Source: Bigelowiella natans CCMP2755 (taxonomy: Eukaryota > Protista > Cercozoa). From it: a stretch of DNA of 64,000 bases. Both the position numbers and the translations under genes were made by a program. The stretch spans positions 1-64,000 of the forward strand of contig ADNK01000501.1 of the NCBI GenBank assembly GCA_000320545.1. The letters are read 5' to 3'. Each line of letters begins with the position of its first letter. Position 1 is the first letter of the stretch. This document shows, piece by piece, positions 1-14,062 of this stretch. The notes beneath the pieces are model-generated. The model did not search any database. It saw only the letters and a list, made by a program, of their open reading frames with translations, and was not told the DNA's origin.

Positions 1-558
1 ATAAGATGTAAGATGCAAGAGCGTAATCTACGACGAGAGACCTGAGAATGTTCAAGTAGTGAGTCAATGAGTTTACGACGACGATTAATTATCTCCTTTC
101 TCTTCTTCGCTATATATGTTGTACTACTACTACTACTGCTGCTGCTGCCGCTATATTATCTTATACTACTACTACTACTACGTGTGTCGTCGTCGTCGTC
201 GTTCGTCAGGTGACCACAAAGAATCTAACTGTCTTGAAGGAGCTGACTGAAGTTGGTGCTGGTGTGGCATCAAAAGATTCAGAGGGGGAGACCGCTTTGC
301 ATATGGCGCTCAAGCAGGAGAAACCAAGCATAAAAATGATCCGCGTTCTGCTCGATAACGGCGCGAAGATTGACAAGGAAGCCCTCGCCATTCGAGGGCT
401 TGATTAGTTTGGTAGTTCCTTTTGGTATAAGTAGTAATCATGTAAGCGCAGTTGTTCACAAATAACACTCATTTAGCGTATGGTAGTACGTATATGCTGC
501 AGGTGTTCCTTCGTAAGGGTTTAAGTACTGCGAAGCACCATTCCTATATATTCACTAT

Positions 559-618
<60 letters not shown>

Positions 619-721
619 CAATAGCATCATCATCATTATGTGTATTCGATATGTGATATTCATCGTACGTTAATTGCTCGATTAGCGTTTGGAAATCATG
701 TTGATGTAGGCGTTATTAATT
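1..721 (+). repeat. Left arm of an inverted duplication; reverse complement of 4991-5690, probably continuing beyond the window start
   Basis: Position 1 (ataagatgtaagatgcaagagc) pairs with 5690. Identity ends at ...gcgttattaatt (721/4991). Differences seen: one substitution near 420/5271 and a roughly 21-nt length difference in the (TA)n tract. Confidence 0.95.
210..407 (+). CDS. Duplicated terminal exon of the ankyrin-repeat gene (inverted copy)
   Basis: Acceptor cag before 210. Peptide GETALHMALKQEKPSIKMIRVLLDNGAKID is an ankyrin repeat, identical to 5284-5481(-). Confidence 0.8.
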   Translation: MTTKNLTVLKELTEVGAGVASKDSEGETALHMALKQEKPSIKMIRVLLDNGAKIDKEALAIRGLD

Positions 722-1119
722 GTAAGTTTGAAAAAATAAAATTGTCATGAATGCGGTCTAGTGAAATAGCGCAATTGCCGCAGCATCCGCTGTGTATGTG
801 CCGCTGTACGCGCTAGATATATAATTGTCGGCTGGTATCGCTAGAGCTAAGTCAGCTACAGATTTACGTGCGCACCCTGCGACATGGCGTGTCGATCTGT
901 CTAGATGTATGTTGCGGTGCATACCTATCCTATGAATTACCGTCGTCCGGGTGACTATAAGCACATTAAGCTCATTGTACTTCGCATTACAGTAAACATC
1001 CTCGCAGTAGCACGCATCAAAAGAGCAGACTAGAGTTGAATCGCTTTTTCGCATGTCAATTATAATCATCTGGACATTCTTAGCGTGACGAATACGCATG
1101 TATGGTATGGTATTCGAAG

Positions 1120-1762
1120 CTAGTTCTCTGCTTGTTGGGATTTGACAAGAGGAGTCGCAGGTAAAATTGCTTCAGCAGTGTCGTTTCGATCTCTCTTTCT
1201 GACGACATTGTCCCCAATGGTTTTCGTCCCATTGAGTTGAGTTGTAGCTAAGTTACTTATCGTTCCGTTGGTGACTCTTTTTATGACCTGCTCTTCTTCC
1301 GTAAGAGACTTGGAGGAATTCGATGCAGTTTTCATTTTACTACCTTGAGCCACAGCTAAGGCATCTTTTATTTCATGACGAGCTGGTCCTGCGACACTCT
1401 CCTCCTTAAGGGACTGTGGGAAACTTGATCCCGTTTTCGTCCCTTTGCTTTGAGCAGCAGCCAAGCCTGCTTCTGTTTCGTTGGAAACGGGCTTGGGCAT
1501 TGGTGGGACTGCTTCTTGTTGTTCGGTTTCCGTTCCATTCTCTTGCGTCAAATCAATTATTGTCTCGTCGATTGAGGAAGAACTCGATCTGGTGCCTTTT
1601 TGAGCTGTTGCTGCTATATTATCTTTCGTTTTGCTCTGAACTCTCTCGCTGATCTTCTCCTTTTCCCCTTGAGGGGACTTAGGTAGGGAACTTGGTAATC
1701 CGGATTTTGTTTCATTGACTTCCACTCCGAGTGCGAAGGCGGGCTTCAATGCTGCTGCTGCA

Positions 1763-1800
<38 letters not shown>

Positions 1801-3505
1801 CCTCGCATTGTTGTCACCATCAGCCCCAATTCCAGATGTTTTTTTGCTACCATCAAGAAGGCCATTGGTGCCACTCACCCCGCCATCGAAAACCGAGGAG
1901 GAAGACGGGGAAGAATTAGAAGAGGGCAGGGATCCAGGTTTGGGATTGAGGGTTTGATCTAATGTCTCCCTGATACTCATTGGAAAATTGGAGCTTTTCT
2001 TAGGAACCTACAACGAACAATTGCAGCAAGCTCAAATAATGCTGCAAGTGTGAAGTATTTCGGGAGACAACCACGACACTTGTCTCTCTAACGATTGAAG
2101 CTTTCTTTTTCTGAAAGGACATGAAGAGGGAAGGAGTCTAGCACCGAAGCACGCAATGCTTGCTTGGATAACATGTTCAGAACAATGACCTGACTAGCGT
2201 CGCTGCGACCGTCACATGAGCCTTTCGATAGTCCTCCTCCAAATCCTTGTGGGATCCTGATAGGATGTCAACATAAACAAGAAGGAATAACGATTGGCAG
2301 TACAGAGAAGGTTTCAAAATGATAATAGCACATCGCTATATTTAGACGTTATTTTTGCTGTATAGAGTGTCCAACGTTCTTATTATACCTGTCGTCTGAG
2401 CCGTCATAACACTCAAGTTTTGTGGCGGGTTGCTCCTAGAGTTATCATGGGTCACGGACCGTGTCATATCGGACCATCAATCGTAAAGTCGGACAGAAAA
2501 GAACTAAACTATAGGTTTGCTTGTATAAATACCTCCACTTTTCCAAACTCAGGATCATTCAGTATCATTCGTTTAAGGCGTTGCTCCCTCTCGTACTGGT
2601 TAAAATGGAGATTTTACGTCAAATTAAGCCTGATCGAAGGTTTAGAAAACGGAAGCAACAATCTTTATGAATACAAATCTAACCGCAGTCATACTGAGAG
2701 CCTTCATCGCAACTCTATACTTTCGAGGATGTAATGGGTGCCTGCAAAGGGGAGGGCCTGTGCCTGAAACACAATTTGGAATTATCGCATAATTTTGGTG
2801 ACATTTTGTTAAGGCTACTTTTCCCATTAATTTGGATTGATTTATGCGCATGCTCTCCCTTTACTGCAGGGAATGAAGTCCTGTTACCTCCAGAGCTCAT
2901 ACATTCAGTGCCAGGACAGCAATGGTAGTGCTGGCTTGCGAGAAAAGCACTTTCCAATTCACAGCAAACCTACATCGTCATATATAAAAAAGGCCTTTAC
3001 TCATAATTGACTTCTTTCTGCGCAGAGTGGATAGAAGTTTGACCAACCCCCTTCGGATGCTTGCAAACAACGGGTTGTCCGAGCGATTGGCAGAGAACTG
3101 TGCCTGAAACGAAATCGGGATGAGAGGAAGGAAGACAGGAAGAAAAGAAAGAAGAGGGAATGGGATTCAAAGGAATGAGTCCTTAATCTTAAAGTATTCC
3201 ATCTTTCTCCAATATTCGTAAATAGCTACCTGGTGGTGCCTTGACACAGGCGAATGGATTATCGCACGAAGAATTGACAGAGGCCTGAAAATGTAGTTTT
3301 CTTCCTTATTATCTTCCGATAACTAACCACTTGTCTCGTATCGTGACATGCATGCACACAGTGCTTGCCATACCTTGGATATATTAACCATTGCTTCCGT
3401 CTTATCCTGCCCTGTGTATTTCGAGATACCATTGCAAGTTTGCAGCGAGGAAGCCAACAGGAGAATTGCCACAACAGTGGGCTCTCTTTGCAATAGTTTT
3501 AACAT
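1120..3505 (-). CDS. Hypothetical multi-exon protein with a possible N-terminal signal peptide and a long low-complexity terminal exon (1120-1980)
   Basis: 286-aa ORF at 1120-1980 with poly-Ala. Upstream GT-AG-bounded, coding-like exons include MLKLLQREPTVVAILLLASS...NISK, LSEDNKEENYIFRPLSILRAIIHSP and YEREQRLKRMILNDPEFGKVE. Exon joining is not fully resolved. Confidence 0.45.
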
Positions 3506-3780
3506 TCGAAACAGGCGTTTGGTCGAGGTACAATCGGGGAGCTCTCCTCTACTCTAGCATCAGGTTCAACAGCCAGCAAGGGGGAGGAGCCTGATTGTTC
3601 AAAATTTCAAACTTAAAGACCCCCCGTCAGTGCCGATTTAGCACCGGGGACAACTGAGGAAAACCCAATAAATAATCATTAGATCTAGCAGAATTTAGTG
3701 GGAGTCCTTCAGACGGATTGGCAAAAAGACCTGTGTTTGAGTTGAACACGAAATGGAGCCAAATTTGGATATGAGTCAAG

Positions 3781-3827
3781 GGAATTCTCGGGAATTTGAG
3801 GAATCTCGGGAATCTCACCAGTCGAAT
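3781..3827. promoter_or_regulatory. Tandem GGAAT(T)CTCG-type motifs upstream of the spacer gene; candidate promoter element
   Basis: ggaattctcgggaatttgaggaatctcgggaatctcacc; similar GAGA/TCTC clusters lie 5' of other genes. Confidence 0.3.
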
Positions 3828-4099
3828 GCGACTCAGTTCTTTGTCATTGTTCATTGTTCATTGTTCAGTTGTGGGACCTGATCGAGTTGATTGGGGAGGA
3901 CACGGATGAATCAGCGTGTCCTCCATGATCCTTTTGACCGCTCCATTGGAATCACTTCATTCATTCATTCGATTGCATGACCTCTCTTTTTCCTCGGTGA
4001 TTCTTGTTGATTGAGAAGGAGGTGGAACCTGGCACTTCTAACGATCCTCCAGCTCAACAATTGCAGCTCAATGGCACCACTGAACCACCTTGTTTTGTG

Positions 4100-4960
4100 A
4101 TTCACTCATTCATTCACGCTAGCACGAGACCGTTGTGCAAGTCTAGACGTGTGCTTGCTCCAGAACACAAATTTCTCCGTCACACATCATGTCACATGCC
4201 ACATGCGAAATGCACACACGTGCGCACGCACACACGTACCTGGCTAGCTGGCTAGCTAGCTAGCTAGCTGGACCACACAACCCAGCAACTGCATGACTCC
4301 AAGCAGCAGGCTAGCTAGCTAGCAGGTTTGGTGCAAACACCAGCACACACGCGCAAACCTGCGTGTGCAACACACTTCTAGACTTGGAAAGTGCATCACA
4401 TCATCCACTGGACTGATTGGCATGCCTAGATGCATGCGATCATTTCTGCAGTTCCACTGGGTTGCACCGCCCACTAGCCTAGCCGCGCGCTCATGTCTAG
4501 CTAGCTAGCTAGCCACACACTTTGAGCACACGCGCACACGCTGGCACACTTGCTAGCTTGACACACCTCTATGCATCTAGCTAGCTAGAGCTAGATCGAC
4601 ACAGCTAGACAGCTAGACAGATGCGATTGCGTGACATCAAAAAAGATCAACTGGTGAATGTTGCCACATGGGGCTTCACGAACGTCCACAAAAAGAGCAG
4701 ACAATCCATCCTAGCATCATGACGCATCTCACCCGTGTCATTTTTAGGTATCACACATTAACACAACCACACTAGCATGTGACAAGTCATGATGTAGCTA
4801 GCACACGCGCTGCTAGCACACTAGCTGCTAGGCTGAAACTGCTAGACCATTCATTCTAGACCAAGCTTTTGCATGCACGCAATGATGCTGTAGAGACAGG
4901 CATCTCGTGCATCGCTATCTGTTTTTTTTATCATCGCATCATTGCGACACATCCAGACTC
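4100..4960. repeat. CTAG/CATG/TGCA-rich palindromic intergenic tract
   Basis: Runs of (GCTA)n, gcatgc, cacacgtg and tgca; no convincing ORF. Confidence 0.7.
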
Positions 4961-4990
4961 ATTAAAATGATTTTGTTCAAAGAATCTTAG

Positions 4991-5089
4991 AATTAATAAC
5001 GCCTACATCAACATGATTTCCAAACGCTAATCGAGCAATTAACGTACGATGAATATCACATATCGAATACACATAATGATGATGATGCT

Positions 5090-5127
<38 letters not shown>

Positions 5128-5690
5128 TATTTTTAGTGAATATATAGGAATGGTGCTTCGCAGTACTTAAACCCTTACGAAGGAACACCTGCAGCATATA
5201 CGTACTACCATACGCTAAATGAGTGTTATTTGTGAACAACTGCGCTTACATGATTACTACTTATACCAAACGGAACTACCAAACTAATCAAGCCCTCGAA
5301 TGGCGAGGGCTTCCTTGTCAATCTTCGCGCCGTTATCGAGCAGAACGCGGATCATTTTTATGCTTGGTTTCTCCTGCTTGAGCGCCATATGCAAAGCGGT
5401 CTCCCCCTCTGAATCTTTTGATGCCACACCAGCACCAACTTCAGTCAGCTCCTTCAAGACAGTTAGATTCTTTGTGGTCACCTGACGAACGACGACGACG
5501 ACGACACACGTAGTAGTAGTAGTAGTATAAGATAATATAGCGGCAGCAGCAGCAGTAGTAGTAGTAGTACAACATATATAGCGAAGAAGAGAAAGGAGAT
5601 AATTAATCGTCGTCGTAAACTCATTGACTCACTACTTGAACATTCTCAGGTCTCTCGTCGTAGATTACGCTCTTGCATCTTACATCTTAT
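4991..5690 (-). repeat. Right arm of the inverted duplication (pairs with 1-721)
   Basis: Direct reverse-complement match, covering the ankyrin last exon, its 3' flank and part of the last intron. Confidence 0.95.
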
Positions 5691-6036
5691 TACATCTTAC
5701 GACACGATGGCAAGCTATGCCATCATGCAGTCTATTTATAACAACTCTCCCCCCCCCAACCCCAACAACAACCAATCTCTTCTCCCCCCCCCCCCTCTCT
5801 CTCTCTCTTTCTCTCTCACAAATATTCACAACTCGTTCCCTCCCTCACCGCTAAGGCCACAAGAGGAGCAGCATCGAGGATCTCTCCGCTTATGTCCAAC
5901 GCCTCAAGGAATGAGTCAGATAGCAAAACCAGGGCGGCTGCTGTCTGTTGCTGAGCAATCGATGCTCCCAGGGCCTTCAGGTACTTTTCTACTACCTAGT
6001 AGGAGAATAACTCATCAATTGGCCGATGATTAAGAC

Positions 6037-6069
<33 letters not shown>

Positions 6070-6194
6070 AATGTTGATAATGCGCTATACCGATATCTGC
6101 ATCTACAGAAGAATAAGCACCTTTCTCTTGTATCATTCTCTCTATCTCTATGTCTTTCGCTGCATTCACTCCCATGGCAGTTGCAAGTAGCGCA

Positions 6195-6228
<34 letters not shown>

Positions 6229-6460
6229 TTATGAGTAACATTTAATAGTAATAGTTATAATAATACTAAATAAACCTTTTGCCTTGATAGCTGTTTCTGT
6301 ATTTGGCGATCATTTCTCGCCCACGCCTCGCAGATGACCATTAGTGCAGAGGCCCTTCCACTATTAGCCGCCGCTAACATCGGGTCCCATCTAGCAGCAA
6401 CAGAGCAGCATTTAAAAAATAATAATAGGTTATTGTTAGTTCAGACATCAGAGTTGTCCC

Positions 6461-6501
<41 letters not shown>

Positions 6502-6738
6502 AATAAAATAAAAAAACTTACCCTCTTTCATCTTCGTCAAGCAAGCTCTTCAGATGTGCCTTATTTTTGAAATATTTTAATGTTCCAATGGTCAGTTGTT
6601 CAATAAAGAAAGAGGGGCGGTAAGGAAGAAGGAAAGAAGGTTGGAAGATTGCTTGAGTAGTAACACCTTGAGGATTGCTGTGAGGACTCTGACATTACCT
6701 CTTTCAGCTGCCCATACAGCTGGTGGTGCCTGAGAGAA

Positions 6739-6794
<56 letters not shown>

Positions 6795-7036
6795 GGGAGA
6801 AAGAGAGGGTATAACTATACAAATATCTGGAGAAAGTAAGGAAGGGAAGGCCTACTTATATAAATACAAACATACATACAAACATTCACGCATACATTAT
6901 TTGGTCCGCTGCGTGGATTGGAGATCGAAGATGCTGACAACGTGGCGAGGAATGCATCCTCGGTATCATCCTTAAAAAGAGGTAGCTTACGCTCCTCTAG
7001 TGCCTTTTCCACGATGGTCTTCATCTCCTGCACAAA

Positions 7037-7067
<31 letters not shown>

Positions 7068-7314
7068 GTAGTAGTATGCAGATGATGTTAACAGTTACCA
7101 CACATATAACAACTAGAACAACTATGCTTCTGCTACTGCAACTACATACTACTGCTACTACTATTACTACTACTACTACTACTACTACTCGTACTAATCA
7201 TTCACTGCTTGCTGCTATGTTCACATACAGGATTCGCGTATGACTGATGAAGCTCTGTATCAGTGACTTCTGCTTTCATATCTAGCAACAACCGCACCTG
7301 ATCAACGACACAGT

Positions 7315-7349
<35 letters not shown>

Positions 7350-7373
7350 CAACGATAATAACGGTCATGATAC

Positions 7374-7407
<34 letters not shown>

Positions 7408-8118
7408 AATGATGGTGAGAGGATGATGGATAAAATGACTGCCACTACTATTACTACCACTACATCTACTACTACTACTACTGCTACTACTAATACTACT
7501 ACCATGTTGATCTTTTTGGAGCTTATGGCACAGGAGAGCGGGCTGATGTCCTTCTTGTTACGCACATCCACCATTCTCTGCAGCTGTGCAATGTAGATAT
7601 GGGAACATCATTTGATTCAGTATATCGGGTAGCAGCACCATTCTAACGATATGATGATGCTACAACGACGGCTCACCGTTTCAGGTCCGCCCTTCACCTC
7701 TTTTGTTTTATTTTCCTGATGCTCCTAATAATAATCAAATTATCAGTGTAATACTGCAACAACCCGCAACGATGATTTACTACTACCGTCTTCTTTTCCG
7801 ACGAATCTTTGCATGAAGGCTCGAAGTTAGGGTCTTTCAGGCAGTCCTGCACCTCGAGCATTACGCGGATGTTATCATTGCGGGAGAGGTCGTGCAGAAC
7901 CTGAGAGAGAGAGAGAAAGGAAGGGAGGGAGGGGGGATGAACCATTACGGATGATGAATCTCATTCGTCAACATTATCAGTAAAGCATCATGTTGTCATT
8001 CATTAACAAATAACCGAATCTCCATAGCTGTCGACGTTGGTCGGATCTGCCTTCGCATCAAGTAGCACAATCGCAGTCTCGGAATGGTTCTTCCAAATCT
8101 AAATCGTGGCAAATGGCA

Positions 8119-8153
<35 letters not shown>

Positions 8154-10512
8154 CACTGATGATGCTATTCTCGGAAACATGACCTCTGTTAATCTAGTTA
8201 CCGCCAGAGATAATGCCGTGTCGCCCTTCTTTGTGGTGACATTCACTGCGGCCTTTGCCTCCAACAAACACACTACGATATCCGTATGCCCCCTACATTG
8301 ATGATGATGATGATGATGAATGATTGGTGGGGGTATTAAACAACAGCCATACACTCAGAATGAAAACGTCCCAACACACATCCACACTACAATGTAAATT
8401 ATATGATACCGCATAGCTGCTGCGATAAGAGCTGTGGAGTTTTTGCCGTTTCTCTGGTTGATCTCCTCCGGATAGTGCGCAACGATATCTTTGACCATGT
8501 CCATGCGACCTGAACGTGCTGCCAACATCAAGCACCTGTCCTTTGTCTCATTGAACACCTATGATCAAAGGAGAGATGGATGGATGGATGGATGGAAGAA
8601 GATCAACGTCATCATCCTGGTCAAACAAAGCAACAATACCGATATGTGTGTGTGTGTGTGTGTGTGAGCAGTTTCTCCCTCCCCTCCCCCCTCCCCCCCC
8701 CCCATCCTATGATCGATCTCTTTTATTGTCCGTACCAAGTCTGATATTGGCTTCTTGTTCCGAATATGGTCAAGGAAGACATCGTCCTTCATGCTTGGAA
8801 TCACTCCTCCTTTGAATTCTTCGCACAGCTTTATCAACGCCTCCGACCCACTGGATTTGGCAATCTTAGAGACTGCTGCGGTCACAATTGCGCGTGATTC
8901 TAGTAGTAGTTTAGTTCCCTGAGATATCAACAACAACAACAACAACAACAACGATGATAATGATCATAATACGGAAATGCCTCAAGATATCAATTAGCAC
9001 AATTCTTGTAATATGACTCTGGTATGCACCCACCTCGAAATGCTTTGCATTCATACAATTGACCAAAGCAGTGCGGCCCGCGGTATTCTTCTTGTCAACC
9101 ACAGCTCCCATTTCTATGAGTTTCTTCATCAGAACAGGATCTCCATGTTTTGCCGCATCATGTAGCACCGTGTCACCATAACGATCTGTTTTCTGCACAT
9201 CGGCACCTGAGTAGTAGTAGTAGTAGTAGTAGTTGTAATAGTAATAGTAAAAGACACATCAGAACACGTGCTTCTTCCTATTCTTGTCTCCTCGTGTATG
9301 ACGACATGTGCATTTGAATAATATACATAAGAAGGATTAAATCGTCGGCAAACAACCAGCTTCGAGTAGCACCAGTGCTGTCTTAGTTTGGTTCTTCCAA
9401 GTTGCTGAGAAAGTAGAAGCAGTATAATACACCACCAATACGTATTACGCAATTTTACGAACAAGAATCGTATTCATTATTGTATTTAGTTGGTCAACCC
9501 AATGAGAGTGCACTGTCTCCATTCTTCGTTGTATGATTTACATCAGCTTTGTTCTCTACGAGCGTCTTCACTATGTCCGTATGGCCTCGAATGGATGAAG
9601 CGATGAGAGGCGTGGCTCCCTAATATTCACCGACAATCTTAAACACGGTAGATCTAAGAAACCGCATGATTCTGATCGCACTACCTGATCATTTTGGAAA
9701 TTGACCTGAGCCTTAGACTCGACAAGATTCTTAACGAGGCCCGCGTGGCCATACCTCGCAGCCGCCATGAGCGCCTATCAACCGAGATATTAGATTCAGA
9801 ACTGAGAGAAAGGAGGAGGAGAAGGAGGAGGTGGTGGAGGAGGAGGACGACGAGGACGAGGAGGAAAAGGTTGGACTTACTGCATCTCCATCCTGTCCTA
9901 TAGGTGATTGTATCAAAGCACGAAGGAGGGCATGAGGATCGCTTGCCGCAGAGATGTCCACCTACGCATATTTTGTCGTCTTATTAGTATCAACAGAATA
10001 CATAGGCTTGGTGACTGGAGGAAGATGCTTACCTGTGGTTCGTCGTTCGAGCTCATTCGTCGACCACAAATTCTCTATAACATAAATATTCACACTCAGA
10101 GTCTGCTTCCAACAATCTAGGGAAGTTCTTACATTTCTCACGCACTTGAAAACTTTTCTGAAAAGATAGCGAACTATTCCAGCCATCTGCAGTGCAATGT
10201 TCAATATACGTAGAAAGTTGTAAAACTAAGTCAAGACTGGTTTTTGAAGTTCAAGGCTCTGGCTACCGCCACAATCGCGGTCGTACTCACCCGTGTCGCG
10301 CAGGATGTGGGTAGATCTCCTTTAACCGAGTGACTTCGTATTTGATGTCGCAAAAGAGAATTCAAGGCTAAATCGCAAATTTTTAGTGACTTAATATCCA
10401 TATCCAGCATTTTTTTGAAAGCGGTGGACGAATGACGGATACGACATGGAGAAAATTTACCTTTTTCTGACGCGCAATTTAGAGAAATGAATATGCGTGG
10501 AAATTGCTGCAC
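5284..10512 (-). CDS. Multi-exon ankyrin-repeat protein (5' boundary approximate)
   Basis: Exons encode many ankyrin repeats: ALMAAARYGHAGLVKNLVESKA, GDTVLHDAAKHGDPVLMKKLIEMGA, CLMLAARSGRMDMVK, GHTDIVVCLLEAKAAVN, GDTALSLA, AVWAAERGNVRVL, GETALHMAL. Introns are filled with microsatellites. Confidence 0.85.
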
Positions 10513-10823
10513 ATTGGTACTGCGACATGGTCCATATGGTGATATGCAAATAAACCCCGCAATATATCTACCTTTCTCGGCCTGTCTATTTCGCTTTGAT
10601 TGTCAAGAAATAACTCAGTGAAGAGGATGCAAAATGCCTATCTCCTATTATCTACGACATCACATTGTAGAAGTCGTCACAACAAATGACATCAGCTCCG
10701 GGCAGTTTGGTTCACTAATTAAGACTGAATTTGATATGAGCGCCGAGCCATAACTCTGTCCACGTCGATTATTCTCTTAAGCACACGAGACAGCCAAAGG
10801 CCAAAGGCAGAGGACACATCACT

Positions 10824-11937
10824 ATGAGATATAATAATAACCATAGGACCCCACTCTTCATTCTCGTGGCTACAGCAGCCCTCCTTGTTGTGGCTGCGGC
10901 ATTCAGCATGGGAAGGGCTACGCAACCAGCATACCTCTCCGCGCCGATCTCTACAAGGACAAGATCCACAGGGTTGTAATGATGATTAGAGAAAATGGGA
11001 AGGGAGCGAAGAAAATCTTTTGTAAATATAACTATATATATTACTCGAGAGGGATATAGATAGAACTTAAGGCGATTTTGACGTAATTTCAGCTTGGCCT
11101 TCCGTCCAATCAAACCACTCTGCCTCCAATCGCAGCGAAGGAACGTTCAATCGAGGTAATTGCTCGTATACGTACCATATGAAAACTGTCGACATAAAAT
11201 TTAAAGTCATCTTTGAATTATGCAAAAGGGTCGGAGTAGAAATGCCAAAGGTGGGTGACCAATATGAGGTTAACCTCGATAAGCCAATTGGAATCAGCTT
11301 TGCTCGTGGAAACGATGGCCGTGCATACATTATCAAACTGGATCCCCGAAAGGGAAACCTTGATGAAAGAATGGAGGTAAAGCAATTGCTTTTGATGTTT
11401 TCGACGGAGTACCGACGTGACTTCCTTTCTCCACAAAAAAACTTACAAAATTACATTTATCAGGTTGGAGACGTTATGACTGAGATTAGTGCATCCTTCG
11501 GGGACGATGTAATATTGGCTTTCCAGGATGAGAAACCGCAGCAACTTATTGTTGATATCCTAAAAATATAGGTCTGGAAAGCTCAGAACTTCGGGCAAAT
11601 CATGTATGCCATCCGAACACGTGTTGGAGGGTGCTATTTTAAATTCGAGAAACGAGATGGTCAGTGAATGTCTAATTCGTATCGTACGTACGTGTGTGTG
11701 TGTGTGTGTGCGTGTGTGTGTGCTACCAATGTATGGTGTACTTGACTGCGTATGCATGCTGATGGATAATTATAACAAATGATTTTGCTAGCTATTGTAA
11801 CTTTGTACTTCGGTTACTCAGGGGACATGGGCTTCCTGGAGATGGACAATAGTGATCTAGATTTTAAGAAAGAAGTAAAATGTCAATCTAACCTCTATTT
11901 TTCCACCATGTCCTTCAATATTTTCATCCCATACACT

Positions 11938-11968
<31 letters not shown>

Positions 11969-13162
11969 TGTTTACAGAGGAGAGGAGGTAACTATGGAGC
12001 AGGAACTCGGGAGGTACAAATGAGAAACTACATTACTTCGAAGGAAAACGAAAGAAAGTAAGACACCAAAAAGAAACTATGATCTGAACTGACGAGGTAT
12101 CATCCTATATTGCTACAGGAGAAACGAAGTCTTCAACACTGGACTCGACGATTACAAATCGGGCAACTATGAGGTAGGTTCTTCACTCATGTCTTAATCT
12201 TCGCATAAAACCTCAGAAATGAGAACTATTCTCGCGTTTCTCAAAGGGAATGCTATGATACAAACACAATCACCGATGATGCTATTGTATCTTCCTTCTG
12301 AACCAATAAGACAACGTAGCGTGTTATTCTTGCTCCCCCTATCTCTCACTTGGATTGTTATCGATGCCATTAATTTTGCTTCGACATTATTTTATCATTG
12401 CTGCTGCAAAGGACGCGATTTACAAATTCGAGGATGTGCTTGGAATGGAGCCTCCAAACTACGTTGGAGATAACTTCGCCAGGATTACGCCTATGTACGA
12501 AGTAGCTTCCTACAACATCGCTTGCTGCTACTCAAAGGTTCCCCATCTTTCCTTTCATATAATTAAAAGTGATCCTTCAACGAGTATGAGATGAGGAATT
12601 ACGTCGTATATACTTTGTGAATACATTAGATGAAGAACTTCGATGCTGGACTTGAGGCTCTCAATGACGCTTTGAACTGTGGCTTTGAAGACTATGAAAA
12701 GGTGTGTAGGTGTGCGTAGTTCATAACATGTAACGTTTTGATGGAAAACCTAAGTTACATCGGGTTAAATAAAAATCTTCTGATGTTTTCGGTGCTTTTC
12801 GAATATTAAAATATAAACTGAATACGTATTCAGAGCTTGCACAGCACTTCAATGCACTTTTTTGTAGGGAACTGAGTTGCTCTGGACATGCATTCCCTTA
12901 TGACAACATTTGCTTAGGTTCGTACTGCAGATGGCCTCAAGGAGCTCCGCGAATCAGAGCCTGAAAAATTCAACAAAGTTCTTAATCGATACGATGAACC
13001 CGTCTTTGACCCAAAACTCGTTGAGGTAGCACCAAATAACCATCTCTCTTTACACAACCTTTGCATTTCTTGCCTCCTTTGGTTTCATGCATATGTTAAA
13101 AGAGGTTTCACATTTCTCCTCTTCAGGGTTTCAAGAACTTCTTTGGTATGGGCAAAAACTAA
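10824..13162 (+). CDS. ZKT: Plastid-targeted PDZ + TPR thylakoid protein (ZKT/MET1 family; not the DNA methyltransferase MET1)
   Basis: Leader [41 protein letters not shown] (signal plus transit). PDZ part [19 protein letters not shown]...[14 protein letters not shown], then [18 protein letters not shown] part [36 protein letters not shown]. Ends FFGMGKN*. Confidence 0.88.
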
Positions 13163-13599
13163 CTCCAAAATTGGCAGTGGATGATAGCTGAAGCTAGTAA
13201 AGCTCTGCTACGTGAAATATATGAGATTCACTACCGAATATGAGAACATAATTTTGTAGTATCTAAGATTATAACACGAAATATTGCGCAAGCACAATGG
13301 GAATTGTCGAATTGGCTATGCATGTCGTGGAAATACATGGTTCTCTGCGCTCTGCGATGACGCTACGACTGAACATCTAAACATCTAGCGTGAAACGCAA
13401 CTAGCGTAACGGAAAGTATGCGTGCATGCCCTTGCGACACGTGCACGACATGCGGCACCTACGCATGCATCTGCAGCTGCTGCAAAAAGTGTTCGTAATA
13501 GATCGTGCGAAAGACAACATGGTACGGTAGCACCCATGGCGGGGCATCATCGTGGAGTCTACTCACCGTTGCTAGCTAGCGAGTCTTGTATGAGAGAAA

Positions 13600-14008
13600 C
13601 AAAATTAGACGAAGTAATTACCGAATGTAGTAATGCAGCAGCATGATGAGCCTTTGCGCCTGCAAGTAAAGCTTGCTTGCTTTCTGTGCCTTAATTGACA
13701 CTGACACAACAATCGTTGACACTTATGTTCGCTAATAGTAATGAGGGCACTGCAACAATGTCTAGATGTACACGAAGAACCTCTCCGTTTCTCCTTTCGC
13801 ATACTATATTGTTGTACAAACTGTCCATTGAGCTGAAGATGTTGATGATGGTAATGAAGAGGATGAGGAGGAAGTGGAACTAGAAGTGTTTCCCGTTGAC
13901 GTAGACGAGGATAATAAGGAGATGGAGGAGGAGGAGGGTTGTTCTGCAGTTGACGTTGCTAGGTGGGCGGTTGCTGCTGGAAAACACATATGTTGTAAGA
14001 GAAACACA

Positions 14009-14062
<54 letters not shown>

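Noticed and set aside
10824-13162. MET1 as a DNA methyltransferase that could explain the CTAG tracts
   Set aside because: Name coincidence only; the sequence is PDZ-TPR with no methyltransferase motifs.
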